From Octopus bimaculoides (lineage: Eukaryota), in assembly GCF_001194135.2 (NCBI RefSeq), contig NC_068983.1, forward strand, positions 49,912,673 to 49,976,672: a stretch of DNA of 64,000 bases. The letters run 5' to 3'. The position numbers and the translations under genes were made by a program. The number at the start of each line of letters is the position of its first letter. Position 1 is the first letter of the stretch. The notes under the pieces were generated by a model. That model searched no databases. It saw only the letters and a list, made by a program, of their open reading frames with translations, and had not been told where the DNA came from. This document shows positions 26,066 through 38,838 of the stretch, one piece after another.

Positions 26066-26500
26066 TATCATCATCATCATCATCATCATCATTTAACGTC
26101 TGCTTTCCATACTAGCCTAGTTTGAACGATTTGACTGGGTATTAGCAAACCAGATGGCTGAACCAGACTCCAATCTGATTTGGCAGAGTTTCTACAGTTG
26201 GATGCCCTTCCTAACGCCAACCACTCCGAGAGTGTAGTGGGTGCTTTTTACGTGCCACCGGCATGAGGGCCAGTCCGGTGGTACTGGCAACGGCCACGCT
26301 CAAATGGTGTTTTTTTACATGTCACCTGCACAGGAGTCAGTCCAATGTTTTGCTCACATGCCACTGGCACAAGTGCTAGTAAGGCCAAGCTGGAAATGAT
26401 CGCACTCAAATGGTGCTTTTTACATGCCACCGGCACGGAAGCGAGACCGCTGCAGTGACACTGATCCTGCTTGGATGCTGCTGTTAATGCTCCACTGGCA
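26066..26500 (-). mobile_element. Family C SINE with several 5' monomers
   Basis: (CAT)n, tttaacgtctgctttcc, ggatgcccttcctaacgccaaccactccgagagtgtagtgggtgc, repeated ggtgctttttacatgccacc modules. Confidence 0.85.
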
Positions 26501-28357
26501 CAGGTGCCAGCTGTAAATAACTGTTAAATTAAATTTATGGATGTGAAAAATCTCTATTCTCCTTATCATTATTAATATTACACACACACACACATGTATT
26601 TGTATGTATATACTGTATATGTGTGCATGTATATGCATATATAAGTGGTGGATGATGGAGAATTTGATTGGCTCTACCTTTCAAGGCAGTGTGTTCGTCT
26701 GGCCTAAGTTCAATGATCGAAAAATGTAAAAGATAAAAGTTAGATGTTATTTCTGGTTATATAAACCTCTGGTGATGGAAAGTGTGAGACAGAATCACCT
26801 ACAGGAAATGAACCATCAACCTATTTGACTATGATAGCCATTATACAAAAGTAACCTGACAACTGACAAACCTCAAAACTAGAAGCTACTGGTTTTGAGG
26901 TTTGTGAGCATGCTGCTTTTGTAATTTGAATGACAGAAAATCGCTCCAGTGGATGTGTTTCTGTTGGTATGTTTAACAAAGTTCACATGAGTTGTTTCAA
27001 TAGAGCCTATTAACTGAAAATACAAATAGCTTATATCGAATATTTGGCTGTGTGATGTGTCTTTGTCAAAGTCATTCAATCTTCAATAGCACAATCCCGT
27101 TTGTAAATAAAAGCAATGAGCAGTACAACTCATTAATGCATGCAGATGGGGGTGTTTTATATTTGATGTGTTTCATTTACTCACAGTTCACAAGTCAATA
27201 GGAACCCTCTCTGGAGAAGATTCTCTGCGGTGTTTGTATGTGATATCCAATGCATCACATCTTGTTATATAGCAAACCATACAATGAAAGATTTATATAA
27301 GTGTGCATGACTTAAACAATACAGACTGTTATTTTATCCTAATTATGCACTAATTACTCTTAGCTTTAGTAACAGTTAATATAATTTTACAGTATTTAGT
27401 TTTATCCTTTAAAATTTGAGCTCACTTCTTGGCAAGAGTTACTTTGCTTTTTGTCCACCAGCCATTGCGAAAAGAAGTGCTCATAATACATTCGTTTTAT
27501 TTAATTAACTCCGCCATTTACCTGTTAAAATTGGATTTGATCCTTGTCAAATGAAGTAATTTTTGAAAAATTTTACTAATAAAATTGAAATGCACTTTAT
27601 TTCAGTATAAGCTGTAAACATTTGAAAAGGAATTTTAGAAGGAATTCAATATAATAAATTTGGTAAAATTACTGGTTATTTGAGTTGAAGGATAGGAATG
27701 AACAATTTGTCATTGTAATGACTATTTTAACTGTGTGAATGGAACCAGAAAAATTGAAAAATCCTTAGACACATGCCATAATAGTTAAACATGCAATTAC
27801 TGTGATTATTTTGTTTGCAAATATCTTGATCCATTGGAAATGCAAGGTAACAAAAACAGCAAGGTTCTTCCTTCATGCTGTGTACCAAGTGACATTATAG
27901 AATTATAACTGTAATTCCCCCCTGATATGTTTGCAGAGAATTTAATTCTTTCAGCAATTCTTGAAATGATTAATACTATTTTATGCAAGGCCAACTGAAA
28001 AATAATTGCATGAAATTCTATTGTCTCGTGGCACACAATTTCTGCTGATTCACAGTTACTGTTAGAATTTTAGATTTGCAGTTGTTTGCTGTAATGTAAC
28101 AACAGAAACAACAGCGTAAATACAAAGACAAGCAGAAACGTATGTACATAAAACCATGTTTAGTACAAATAGTAAAGGTAGCAAATTATATACTTTTAAC
28201 TTTATAATTAGATCACTGTGGAGAGACTGAAGGAGAGAGATACTGGTGGCAAATTTACAGTTTCTATTTGTGCTTTCTCAATACCAGACAACCATTTAAT
28301 GGTTGTATTTCACTTGGGTGCTGTTGTTATATAATTACCATGGCATTTTACTTCTAC

Positions 28358-28437
28358 CACTGCTGCTGCTGCTGCTTCTACTACTACTACTACTATTACT
28401 ACTGCTGCTGCTGCTGCTACTACTGCTGCTACTACTA

Positions 28438-28472
<35 letters not shown>

Positions 28473-28496
28473 ACTACTACTGCTGCTACTACTACT

Positions 28497-28528
<32 letters not shown>

Positions 28529-28538
28529 TTGTTGCTAT

Positions 28539-28586
<48 letters not shown>

Positions 28587-28600
28587 CAATACTACTACAG
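28358..28600. repeat. Compound (CTA)n/(CTG)n microsatellite
   Basis: Direct reading. Confidence 0.95.
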
Positions 28601-29310
28601 GATAAAATGCAGTGTAAAGCGATAATGACATTCCCATGAGTTGAAGAGGAGATTTCTATTTGAGAAAGTCTTACTTGAAGCCACTGTTCACCTGGATGGT
28701 TGAAATGCTTGTGCCTTGGTAGAATATTTCAAATTCTATTATAGTTTTTAACACAGCATTTCTACACAAGATGTTTTCTCGAGATGAATACTACAGTTTC
28801 AAGGCTTTCTACAGTATATCTATGTTAAGCATGATGCACAAAATGCTAATCTGAACTAATACTGATTCCATCATACATAATTAATTGCTAATCAGCCTTC
28901 CAGCTAATTGCAATGCAAGTCATTAGCTAATCACTGCTTTTCTATCTCAATAAAGGTTAAATTTGTTTGGTATATCAACATATTCTTTACAGTTAATTAT
29001 ACAACAAAATTGGCTTAAATATGACCAACATATGTTTCTGCTGCATTGAGAACTAGCAATTGCATTTGTATGCAGCTATTTTCAACTATCCACCTTTATT
29101 CAAGGTCTGTCCATGCTCGCCATAAATAATCCGAGCTGCTCCTTACTACTTAATACAGTTAATCTGAATCTGGATTATAACTGAGTGCTTGTATAATACC
29201 TGGATAATTTATCCCTGTATACTCATTATGTATATGTGTATATATATANNNNNNNNNNNNNNNNNNNNNNNNNNNNNNNNNNNNNNNNNNNNNNNNNNNN
29301 NNNNNNNNNT

Positions 29311-29674
29311 GTTTCAGTCATTTGACTGTGGCCATGCTGGAGCACCACCTTTAGTCAAGCAAGTCGATCCCAGGACTTATTCTTTGTAAGCCTAGTACTT
29401 ATTCTATCGGTCTCTTTTGCCAAACCGCTAAGATACAAGGACCTAAACACACCAGCACCAGTTTTCAAGCAATGTTGGGGGGACAAACACAGACACAAAG
29501 ATACACACACACACATACACACACACACTTATATATACAACGGGCTTCTTTCAGTTTCTGTCTACCAAATCCACTCACAGGGCTTTGCTCAGCCCCAGGC
29601 TACAGTAGAAGACACTTGCCCAAAGTGCCACACAGTGGAACTGAACCCAGAACCGTGTGGTTGGGAAGCAAGCC
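29311..29674 (-). mobile_element. Family A SINE, near full length
   Basis: Both halves and the central (CA/TA)n are present. Confidence 0.85.
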
Positions 29675-29810
29675 AGTCAAACAAATCGCTGAATCTCTCT
29701 GAGAACTACGTTAAGGGTACCCATGTCTGTGGAGTACTCAGCCATTTGCACATTAATTTCATAAGAAGGCAGTTCCATCAACTAGATCAACTGGAACATT
29801 GACAGAAACA
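29675..29810 (-). mobile_element. Unclassified interspersed repeat (an inverted partial copy lies at ~45425-45490)
   Basis: ctcagccatttgcacattaatttc..gttccatcaactagatcaactggaac is the reverse complement of gttccagctaatctgatcaacggaatagcctgcttgtgaaattaacatgcaagtggctga. Confidence 0.6.
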
Positions 29811-29959
29811 GATGACAGACCAGTCAGATACAATTACCTTTTATACATACATACATACATAAACATACATACATACATGCAAACATACATACATACATAC
29901 ATACATACGTACGTACATACATACACACATACATATATACACACACATACATATATATA

Positions 29960-30115
29960 TTATGGACTTCTTCCAGTTTCCGTCTACCAAACCCACTCAG
30001 AAGGCTTTGGTCAGCCTGAAGCCATAATAGAAAACACTTGCCCATGGTGGCACACAGTAAGACTGAACCCCAAACCACATGGTTGGGAAGCAAACTTCTA
30101 ACCACACAGCCATTT
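29960..30115 (-). mobile_element. Family A SINE, head half
   Basis: ttccagtttccgtctaccaaa..ggctttggtcagcc..accacatggttgggaagc. Confidence 0.8.
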
Positions 30116-30250
30116 ATTTCATTTCTCTACTGCAAAATGACAGGATATGGATTGACGGGGGTTTTCCAATGTATACATTGCTACTATAGCTCTGGGCCAG
30201 CTAAAGCCTTCTCAGTGGATTTCTTTGGTGGAAAGTTAATGAAGCTCATC

Positions 30251-30306
<56 letters not shown>

Positions 30307-30324
30307 TTATACGTGTGTGTGTCT

Positions 30325-30490
30325 TTATGTTTCATTACATTCTGAGTTCAAATGTTGCCGAGGTTGACTTTGTTGTTCATCCTTTCAGGGTTGGTAAAGT
30401 AAGTACCAGTCATATACTGAGGTGGATGAAATTGACTTACCCACCTCCCTCGAAATTACTGATCTTGTGCCAAAATCAGAAAGAGTTATC
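30325..30490 (+). mobile_element. Family B SINE, 5'-truncated
   Basis: ttctgagttcaaatgttgccgaggttgactttg..catcctttcagggttggtaaag. Confidence 0.7.
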
Positions 30491-30769
30491 ACAATTTAAA
30501 TTCCTCTTGCATTTTTTTTTACCCTTTCTATTTAGTCATTGGGGTATGTGGATATATACATAGACAAGAAGGCTATGGTTGGAACGTCTTTGAGTTGGCC
30601 TGAGGTTTGACAAGAATTGGTGGATTGAATAGGATTACCTATGTTCAGTCCACAGCTAGAAGAAAGTCTTGGGACATTCTCCACTGAAATCATGCTGGTT
30701 TGATTAGCCTACTCTGCCATACTGGCTCAACATGGGTTGGCAGCAGGGTGCAGTTTTATATTCTTCCCC

Positions 30770-30930
30770 AGGAGTATTTAAGTCAATTACACCAACCCCA
30801 GTACTTAACTGGTATCTATTTTATCAAGCTTGAATGGATGAAAGGCAAAAATCAACCTTAGTAAAGTTTGAACTCAGAATGAAAAGATGGACAAACTACT
30901 GCTGAACTTCTTGCCCTGTGTGGTAACATT
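30770..30930 (-). mobile_element. Family B SINE, degenerate
   Basis: cccagtacttaactggt..ggatgaaaggcaaaa..tttgaactcagaat. Confidence 0.7.
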
Positions 30931-31699
30931 TCTAGGCGCTCAGACATAGGAGGAGAAAGTAAGGGCGTAGGAGGAGAATGGAAGTTTATTTTATGAGATT
31001 CATTTCTTTCTTATGACTATTGCTAATAAACAATCATTGCTAATAAATGACTGTTGCTCAGAAATCAAATAAAAAGCAACAGATGCAAATCAGTTTGTCG
31101 ACGTCTTGAGAATGTACAACTAATCCTTGGTGTTCAGATTTTCTCTTTTAACATTTAATATGCATTCAGTTGTAATACAGCATTAAATTAAATTCATTAC
31201 ATTAAAACATATTTAATTAGAACATATTTAATTAAAGCATACTAAATTGATTTAAGCTGTGAAGTTGTTTCATATGATATTAATTGCATAAATCTTCCTG
31301 AAGAAAATGTTTACACAAGTTGATTACTGAAGATTTGTCCACTAATAAAAATGCCTTCCTGGATTTTGAATTTGATCATAATATTATTGTTTTGTTCATT
31401 TTTTACTAATTACAGTTTTGTCAACATTACACAGCTGATGACATTCCCAAGATGATACCAAACCAATGAAAGAACCTACATGCGGTCATGCAATGTGCTG
31501 GAGGTATTAGCCAAAATCTCCCTCAGCACATTTACTATCTTAGATAAATTTTTGGACATGTTTACATGGAAGATTGGAATGAAAGACACCACTTGTATTA
31601 TGATAATTCTCATTTGCGACCATCATTCATTGTCTGGTAGCCCAACTATATATGCATCCATAAACACAGATATACATATAAATATATACATGTATTTTT

Positions 31700-31965
31700 G
31701 TCCCTGAATGATGCCAGGTACTGTGTATCTTCCCTTGAATGAGTTGCAAATCGTTCTGATATATGTCTTTATTACTCTGTTGGAGTCTGTGATTTTGGCC
31801 TAACAAAGAAGTTCTTTTTTCCAGAAAGCTATTATTTAGAGGACAGCAGTTCAGAGATCTACATTTACAATGTCTTTCAGAGCTATTCCTGGTTGAGTCA
31901 TTTTTAATATTATTGTGTATCATTGACCCTATTTGGGGGGACAACTATAACTAACTTTAACAATG
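31700..31965 (-). pseudogene. Penelope-like GIY-YIG fragment
   Basis: VSYSCPP..HCKCRSLNCCPLNNS.LEK..AKITDSNRVIK.YI..CNSFKGRY (frameshifted). Confidence 0.65.
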
Positions 31966-32022
31966 TTTCTATTGAAGATCTTATGGTATTTGTGTGAGTA
32001 TGGGAAGTGATTGCATATTAGT

Positions 32023-32110
32023 TTTAAGAATTTTCTAGCTATGTCAGGTGGGTTAAGAATTTTCTAGCTATAAGGTGGGTTTTAAGAATTTTCTAGCTAT
32101 AAGATGGGTT
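32023..32110. repeat. ~29-bp tandem repeat x3
   Basis: taagaattttctagctat..g(a/g)tgggtt three times. Confidence 0.85.
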
Positions 32111-32336
32111 AAAACATAACAGTTTTATCTGTGTGTGTCTTCTTAGTGTATCTACATTCCATGTAAGTGGTAACAATGAAACCGTGTATGTGGCTAATCA
32201 TTATATTTTGTATCTTTTCATTTGTCTTGCTCGTTTACATTCTGGCTGAATTTTCTTGAGAACAATCTTTCCTTAGTGGTCAGACCATATCTGGTCTACA
32301 TCTAGCATATTAGATGTCCACTTAGTGGCCATCCCT

Positions 32337-32397
<61 letters not shown>

Positions 32398-32551
32398 TGG
32401 TTTCTTTCAGTTTTACAAGGCTTTTGCCCAAGTATCATGTGATAATATCTTCCTACACACCACTAAAATGGCAGGATAGCAAAATACGTGCTTAATTTAG
32501 CATGGAGGGTCATTAGACCAGAACGAGGGGAAAATAGTGAATGCTGAGAGA

Positions 32552-32794
32552 AAAGGTTGGCCAAAAGTCACCTGACAATAAATGAAAACCGATTTAAATC
32601 CAAGATTAAAACAAAAAAATTACTTTATACAAGACTTTATTAATAAATAGACAAATGTTGAAAGAAAAAGAATGGTGACTTTAATGCACTGCATTCAATT
32701 ATCAAACATTCACAATTGAAATGAATAAATAAAATTGAATATTAAGTATTTATGGAATTCTGATTTTCTGTCAGGTGACTTTTGGTCAAACTTG
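32552..32794. mobile_element. Tc1/mariner-type MITE
   Basis: TIRs aaggttggccaaaagtcacctgaca (32553-32577) and tgtcaggtgacttttggtcaaacttg (32769-32794), followed by TA. Confidence 0.75.
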
Positions 32795-33189
32795 TATAGC
32801 ATAGTGTCCTAATATTTCTATAAATTGAATCTCCTCTCAATAAACATTACTTTTGCTGAAATTCAAGGCCGGTCAAGATTACTAAAAGTCGGAATAAATG
32901 ATAAAATCAATCACGTTATATTATGTTATTGATTCTTTTGAAATGAAAGATGAAGTAAGTGCAACCACTATTTAACTTCAGAACGTGGGAGCTTAATATG
33001 GTGAGTAAGTTAGTGCAATGCTTTCTCATTTTCGGCAGCTGATTGTTCCCTTTCTGGGATTTTTTGTATTTTTTTTATTTTATGTATTCCTCCTTCCATT
33101 TCTTTCATGGTACATTTTTCACCTTATCTTGTTTATTACCATCACAGAGTAAAACATGAATGGTATATTGGCTGATGTAGTCTGCTGCA

Positions 33190-33685
33190 TGGAGGAGGAA
33201 GGGGGGAGGAGGAGGAGGAAAGGAAGAAGAAGAAGAAGAAGAAGAAGAAGAAAGAGGAGGAGGAGAAAAAGAAGGAGGAGAAGAAGAAGAAAGACATGGT
33301 GGTGGAGGAGGAAGAGAAAGAGGGGAAAAAGGAGGAGAAAGAAGAAGGCAGTGAAGGAGGACAATGAGGAAGAGAAGAAAATGGAGGTGAAGGAGGGGAA
33401 GAGGGGGAGGGGGAGAAGAAAATGACGGTGGGAGAAAGGAGGAGAAAGAGGGGAAGGAGGAGGAGGAAGAAGAGAGGAAGGAGGAGGAGGAGGAAGAAGA
33501 GAGGAAGGAGGCGAAGGAAGAGGAGGAAGAAAAGAAAGAGGAGGAAAGAGGAAGAGAAGAAGGAGGAAGAGAAGGAGGAGCAAGAGGAAGAAAAGAAGAA
33601 AAAGAAGAAGAAAAAAAGAAGAAGAAAGAGAAGAAGAAAGAGAAGAAGAAGAGGAAGAGGAAGAAGAAGAAATGGAGAGATGAGA
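33190..33685 (+). repeat. ~500-bp polypurine (GAG/AAG)n tract
   Basis: Direct reading. Confidence 0.95.
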
Positions 33686-33796
33686 TGATTATGGCCTTGA
33701 TACCTTTGATCCTGGGTCTCTTTGATTAGGACTGAAGGGGAAGCCAACATCAACAACAATGACAACAACTGAAGCTAAAATGAAGGAAGCACTACA

Positions 33797-33920
33797 TAGG
33801 CACAGGCATGGTGGTATGGTTAAGAAGAAACCCACTTTGTAACCAGATGGTCTCAGGTTCGGTTCCATTGCATGTCACCTTGGGCAAGTAGTGCTTTCTA
33901 ATATAGCCCTGGGCTGACCA
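33797..33920 (+). mobile_element. Family A SINE head, truncated
   Basis: ataggcacaggcatggtggtatggttaag..caggttcggttccattg..ccttgggcaagt. Confidence 0.7.
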
Positions 33921-34204
33921 ATTTGGGTGCCTTTTGTACTCGATGAGTCAAAGTTTTGCATGTGCAGCATGCTTTTCGTAAAGATGCATTCACAAGCAAT
34001 ACTATGTTCATGAAAAGCGAGCAGGTTCGAACCATACAGGTGATCCTTGTCTTTTCATAAGTGAGTGGTGTTGTGGGTCAGTGACATCTTCCTGATGTCA
34101 AATTACCTAGAAATGTAATGAAATCCATATAATTTCAATATTGTATGTGAAACAAATAATCTTTTACGGTGCGACGTTTCTTTAGTTGTTCTGTATATAT
34201 TCTT

Positions 34205-34325
34205 TCATTCTTTTATTTGTTTCAGTCATTTGACTGTGGCCATGCTGGAGCACCGCTGTTTAGTCGAACAAATCAACCCCAGGACTTATTCTTTGTAAGC
34301 CTTAGTACTTATTCTATCAGCCTTG
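34205..34325 (-). mobile_element. Family A SINE, 3' end
   Basis: ttgtttcagtcatttgactgtggccatgctggagcaccg..cccaggacttattctttgtaagcc. Confidence 0.8.
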
Positions 34326-34561
34326 GAAAGGATAGAAGACTGAGTTGTTCTTGGAAAATTTTGTTTCTAGAATATAGGGAGCCAGAAGAAATGCAGCTAA
34401 AGTGTTTTTTCAAATTTTAGCACAAGATCAGTAATTTAAAGAGAAAGCAGGTGGGGGCTTGTCAATTACGTCAATCCGAGTATTGAATTGATACTTATTT
34501 TATAAAGGCTATAAGGATAAAAGGAAATTACCTCACTGAAATTTGAACTCGGAATGTAAAG

Positions 34562-34900
34562 ATCATCATCATCATTGTTTAACGTCCGCTTTCCATGCTA
34601 GCATGCATTGGATGATTTGACTGAGGACTGGTGGACCAGGTGGCTACACCAGGCTCCAATCTGATTTGGCAGTGTTTCTACAGCTGGATGCCCTTCCTAA
34701 TGCCAACCACTCCGAGAGTGTAGTGGGTGCTTTTACATGCCACCGGCATGAAGGCCAGTCAGGCGGTACTGGCAATGGCCACGCTCAAAATGATGTATTT
34801 TACGTGCCACCTGCACAGGAGCCAGTCAATTGGCACTGGCAACGATCTCGCTCGAATGTCTTACTGGCAACGGCCATGCTCAAAATGGTGTATTTTACGT
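34562..34900 (-). mobile_element. Family C SINE
   Basis: (CAT)n, gtttaacgtccgctttccatgctagc, ggatgcccttcctaa, 5' monomers. Confidence 0.85.
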
Positions 34901-36020
34901 AAAGCACTGTTTTCCAATACTGTTATGATTTCAATATACTTGTTCAATATACTAACTGTTCTACCAATGTACTAACTGATCTGTCTGTGCACCTCCTTAG
35001 ACTAACCAAAAAATAATAATTGCCATATGCAAAGCTTTTTGTCTTTCATTAAACGAGGAATCACCCCACAGCTTTTTTTCTGGTGTCCACAAGCTTTTTT
35101 AGCTACTTTTACCATTAAAAAGTCTACAGTGTTATTACTAATTTATCACTTAGTATATGTATCTGGTCAAATTTTTCAATGGAAAAACTATGACTTGAAG
35201 CTATGACTTCATAGTAATAGCAGAGACAGAAGAACATTCAGTAAAATGGCCAGCAAGAAGGGAACTTAATATTTAGTGTGAAAAATAGCAATAATATTTG
35301 CTTTGGTAATTTTATCTTATCTTTAATTCATTTGTCTAAGTGTGTGCTTGCTATCATTCCTCATCAAATTCAATTTCTAAGTGCTAAACAATAGTAGTTA
35401 AGTAAATTGTCAGTATAATTGGATTTCCTTTAGAGGATTTAGGTGCTCTGATAAGCAATGTTTCAAGATTAATAGGATGCAATAATTTAAAGCACTTTAG
35501 GGAATTAACGTACTTGACACATTGCATCTTAGTAGGGAATTTAGTACAAGAAAATGGTGCAATTTTAATAGGTTTAATATTCCCATTTGTTGCATTCACT
35601 ACTATTAAGCACATCCATTTTGTTGGCTAGTTTGCTTGTCACAAGATATTGTCCACAATTGTTGTCAACCATGATGATTAACTTTCTAAGAAACAGATAG
35701 TGAAGGACACATCAAATGAAAAGAGATAATGCTCTGAATCAGTTTGTGCTTTGTAATCCAGCCCTCTTTCTTGTCCCATCCTTGTTAACACTATGAAGGG
35801 TTGAGCCTGTGATCTTTAATAGTTTTAAGGAGGTTTATTAAACAACATGCAGCTGATTACAGAAAATAATTAATTAAGCTTTCTTAAAGGATCACCTTGT
35901 TTAATATTAATATCAACGTGGTGAGGAGTTCTTAGTCAAAAAAATTTAATTATTAATTATTAGAAACAGTGATGACTGAAAATTGTCCCTGTTAATGATT
36001 CAATTAAAATCTATAACTTA

Positions 36021-36978
36021 AAATCCTTTAAGATTTTGGCACAAGGCCTGCATTTTCGAAGAGGGAGAAGTTGGTTTTCAAGAAATCCAGTATTTGACTG
36101 GAATTTATTTCATTGACCCCACAAGGAAGAAAGGCAAAGCCAAGTGTGGTAGAATTTGAAACTAGTAAAGCGCTGGAAGAAATATTGCTCAGCATTTTGT
36201 CCAAAACATAAGGAATTCTGCCAGCTGGCAACCTTAAATATCTGAAACTTATAATCCTTTCTAATATAGGCACAAGGCCTGAAGATTTTGATGAGGGGGA
36301 CAGTTGATTATAATGACCCATTACTCAACTGGTACTTATTTTATCAACCCTGAAAGGACAAAAGGTAAAGTCGATCTTGGTGGAATCTGAACTCAGAATC
36401 TGTAGACAAAATGCTGCTAAGCTTTAATCCCAGCATGCTAAAGATTTTGCCAGCTCACTGCCTCATCTGTAACTTATAATAAAAAAAACTTTTGTATCAG
36501 CGATTTTATATCAATGTCGAATGGCTGAAATAATCCTTTCTACTAAAGGCACAAGGCCTGAAATTTGTGGGGAGGGGACTGGTTGCTTACATCAACCCCA
36601 GTATTTCACTGGTACCTAATTTATTGACCTCGAAAGGATGAAAGGCAAAGTCGACCTAGGCGGAATTTGAACTCAGAATGTGAAGACGGATGAAATACTA
36701 CTAGGCATTTCACCCGGCCTGCTAAGCTAACAATTCTGCCAGCTCACCACCTTTAAAAAAGGGGCTGAAATAATAATCTTTCCTTATTTTAGAAAACAGC
36801 CAGCAAATTTGAGGGTTGGGGAAATCATCCTCCTGCTCATCTGGTACTTATTTTATTAACCCCAAAAAGGTGAAAGATGTCAACCTCAGCAGAATTTGAT
36901 CTCAGAATGTAAAGACAGATGAAATACCAGCAAGTAGTTTGTCAGGTGAGCTAACAATTCTGCCAGCTAGTTGCTTTA
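36021..36978 (-). mobile_element. Four co-oriented family B SINEs (~36021-36235, 36250-36465, 36528-36755, 36775-36978)
   Basis: Each ends at ttctgccagct; the first three start with atcctt..ggcacaaggcc; direct repeats flank copies 2-4. Confidence 0.85.
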
Positions 36979-37039
36979 ATGACTGAAATAATAATAGCAC
37001 ATTAAACATGTAAATTTGAGTTCAAATCCTACCATGATG

Positions 37040-37771
37040 GATTTTACAGTGGTTTAATCTTCCTGTTTAATTTTCCTTTCCTTTTATGAAGCCACTTTTT
37101 ACGATGTTCAACATTTCTATAGAAGATTCATTTTTCATCACCAGTCACAAGTCTATCCAAAAGTGGTGAAATGAGTTTGTGAGAATGGAAAGAAGAGCAG
37201 ATGTCAACTCGGGATTTGCATTGCTTTCGGAGAATTCATGAGGCATCCATTTTCCAAGTTTAGGAACCTTTCCAAGTTGTTGAAGATGACGATGAACAGT
37301 TGTATGGTTTGAACTAAGCTTTATTGTCAATTCTTCATCTAATAAAGCAGGATTTTCTTCAAGTAATGCCTCAAGGAGCTTATCATCAAACTCAACTGGA
37401 CGTCCATTTCGATCTTCTTCAAGGCTGAAATCTCCACTTCTGAATTTTGCAAACCATCTTCTGCAAGTTCTTTCATTCAAGCATTCTTTCCCATAAACTG
37501 AGTGTATGTTTTGAGTCGCTTCAGCTGCAGAGTTTCCTTTTTTGTACTCATAAAGCATTATGTTCCTCAAATGCTCTTTGGATACTTCCATGTTAGAAAG
37601 GGTTTTAATCAAAATTTTAATTCTATTATTCTGTAAAATAATATTTAATTATTTTAAATGTACACAAATTCGTAAAAATAATTTTTAATTCCATTAGACA
37701 TTCTAAAATACTATTAAATTTCATTCAATTTTATAAAAGGTAAAATCGGACAGAACTTATGGGATAACCTG

Positions 37772-37772
<1 letters not shown>
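37040..37772 (-). mobile_element. Mariner element, 5' half with one TIR and a transposase N-terminus
   Basis: TA|tcaggttatcccataagttctgtccga TIR; MEVSKEHLRNIMLYEYKKG..CRRWFAKFRSGDFSLE..GRP..KLGKWMPHE, then frameshifted LVTGDEK. Confidence 0.9.
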
Positions 37773-37808
<36 letters not shown>

Positions 37809-37814
37809 TACATA

Positions 37815-38030
37815 ATAGAATGTGTCTTGTGTCTGTGTTTGTTTCATGTCTGCTTAATAATTGGTGTTGATGTGTTTACATCCCTGTAACTTAGCAGTAT
37901 GGCCTAAGAGATCAATAGAATAAGTACCAGTCTTAGGAAATAAGGACTAGAATTGATTTGTCCAACTAAAATTCTTTGGGGCAGTGCCCCAGCATGGCCA
38001 TAGTCCAATGACTGAAACAAGTAAAAGATA
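37815..38030 (+). mobile_element. Family A SINE, 3' half
   Basis: tgtgtttacatccctgtaacttagc..atagaataagtacc..cccagcatggccatagtccaatgactgaaacaagtaaaaga. Confidence 0.75.
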
Positions 38031-38794
38031 ACATACCAAACTAATTCTGTTATTAAAACAGATAGTTTGGAGCATAATTTAACATAAATTAACATAAATT
38101 AGCATAAAATTTTAATATGAAATTTTCAAATTAAGTAACTTTAAAAAAGGAAGTCTGTAGAGAGAACCAGAGATGGTACTGAACTGGTTGATATCAAAAA
38201 GGATTAATTCTTCCCCTTTTATGTTCTCAGTACAAATCTACGCTGGGTCAGCATTTGCTTCTGTCCGTTAGAGGAATGATAATGTCAATTCAACAGTCAT
38301 TTTTCTCTATCACAAAATGTGATATCGTGTCCATATTAGGAATTTTCAGTATCAACATTATCATCTCTAAACACTGGGTCATTTAATTTGCTCTTGTCAA
38401 ATCACTGATAATAATAACTCATCACTTAATCACCTATTGTCAGGATTCCAGTTAATCGCAGTTGTATATCATGGGGTAGAATTGAGTATTTCTGCAAGAA
38501 TATGCCAAATATTCTGTCAGAGAGAAACATCAGCTACATCACCTAAGTTGTTAAAAGTTTAAATAAAAATTATTGCACAAGTAAATGGATGCTATCTTAT
38601 GATAGCTAAAGTGGTTTTGTGCGCAAAATGCATTAGTGTAAAACACACAGGAGCATAAAAAGGATTTTAAAAAAATGATGGGGGGGGGGAAACTAAAAAA
38701 CAGAATTTATGAATGGTGTGTGTAAGTGTGTGTGTGTGTGTAAGTATCTATATTTTTGTATATATGCTTGTGCACGTTGTGTGTGCATATGTGT

Positions 38795-38838
<44 letters not shown>

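Noticed and set aside
28268-28639. Cys/Tyr-rich keratin-associated-like ORF
   Set aside because: It is a (CTA)/(CTG) microsatellite translation.
33119-33768. Arg/Lys-rich protamine-like and Leu/Phe-rich ORFs
   Set aside because: They are translations of the GAG/AAG purine tract, with no non-repetitive coding context.
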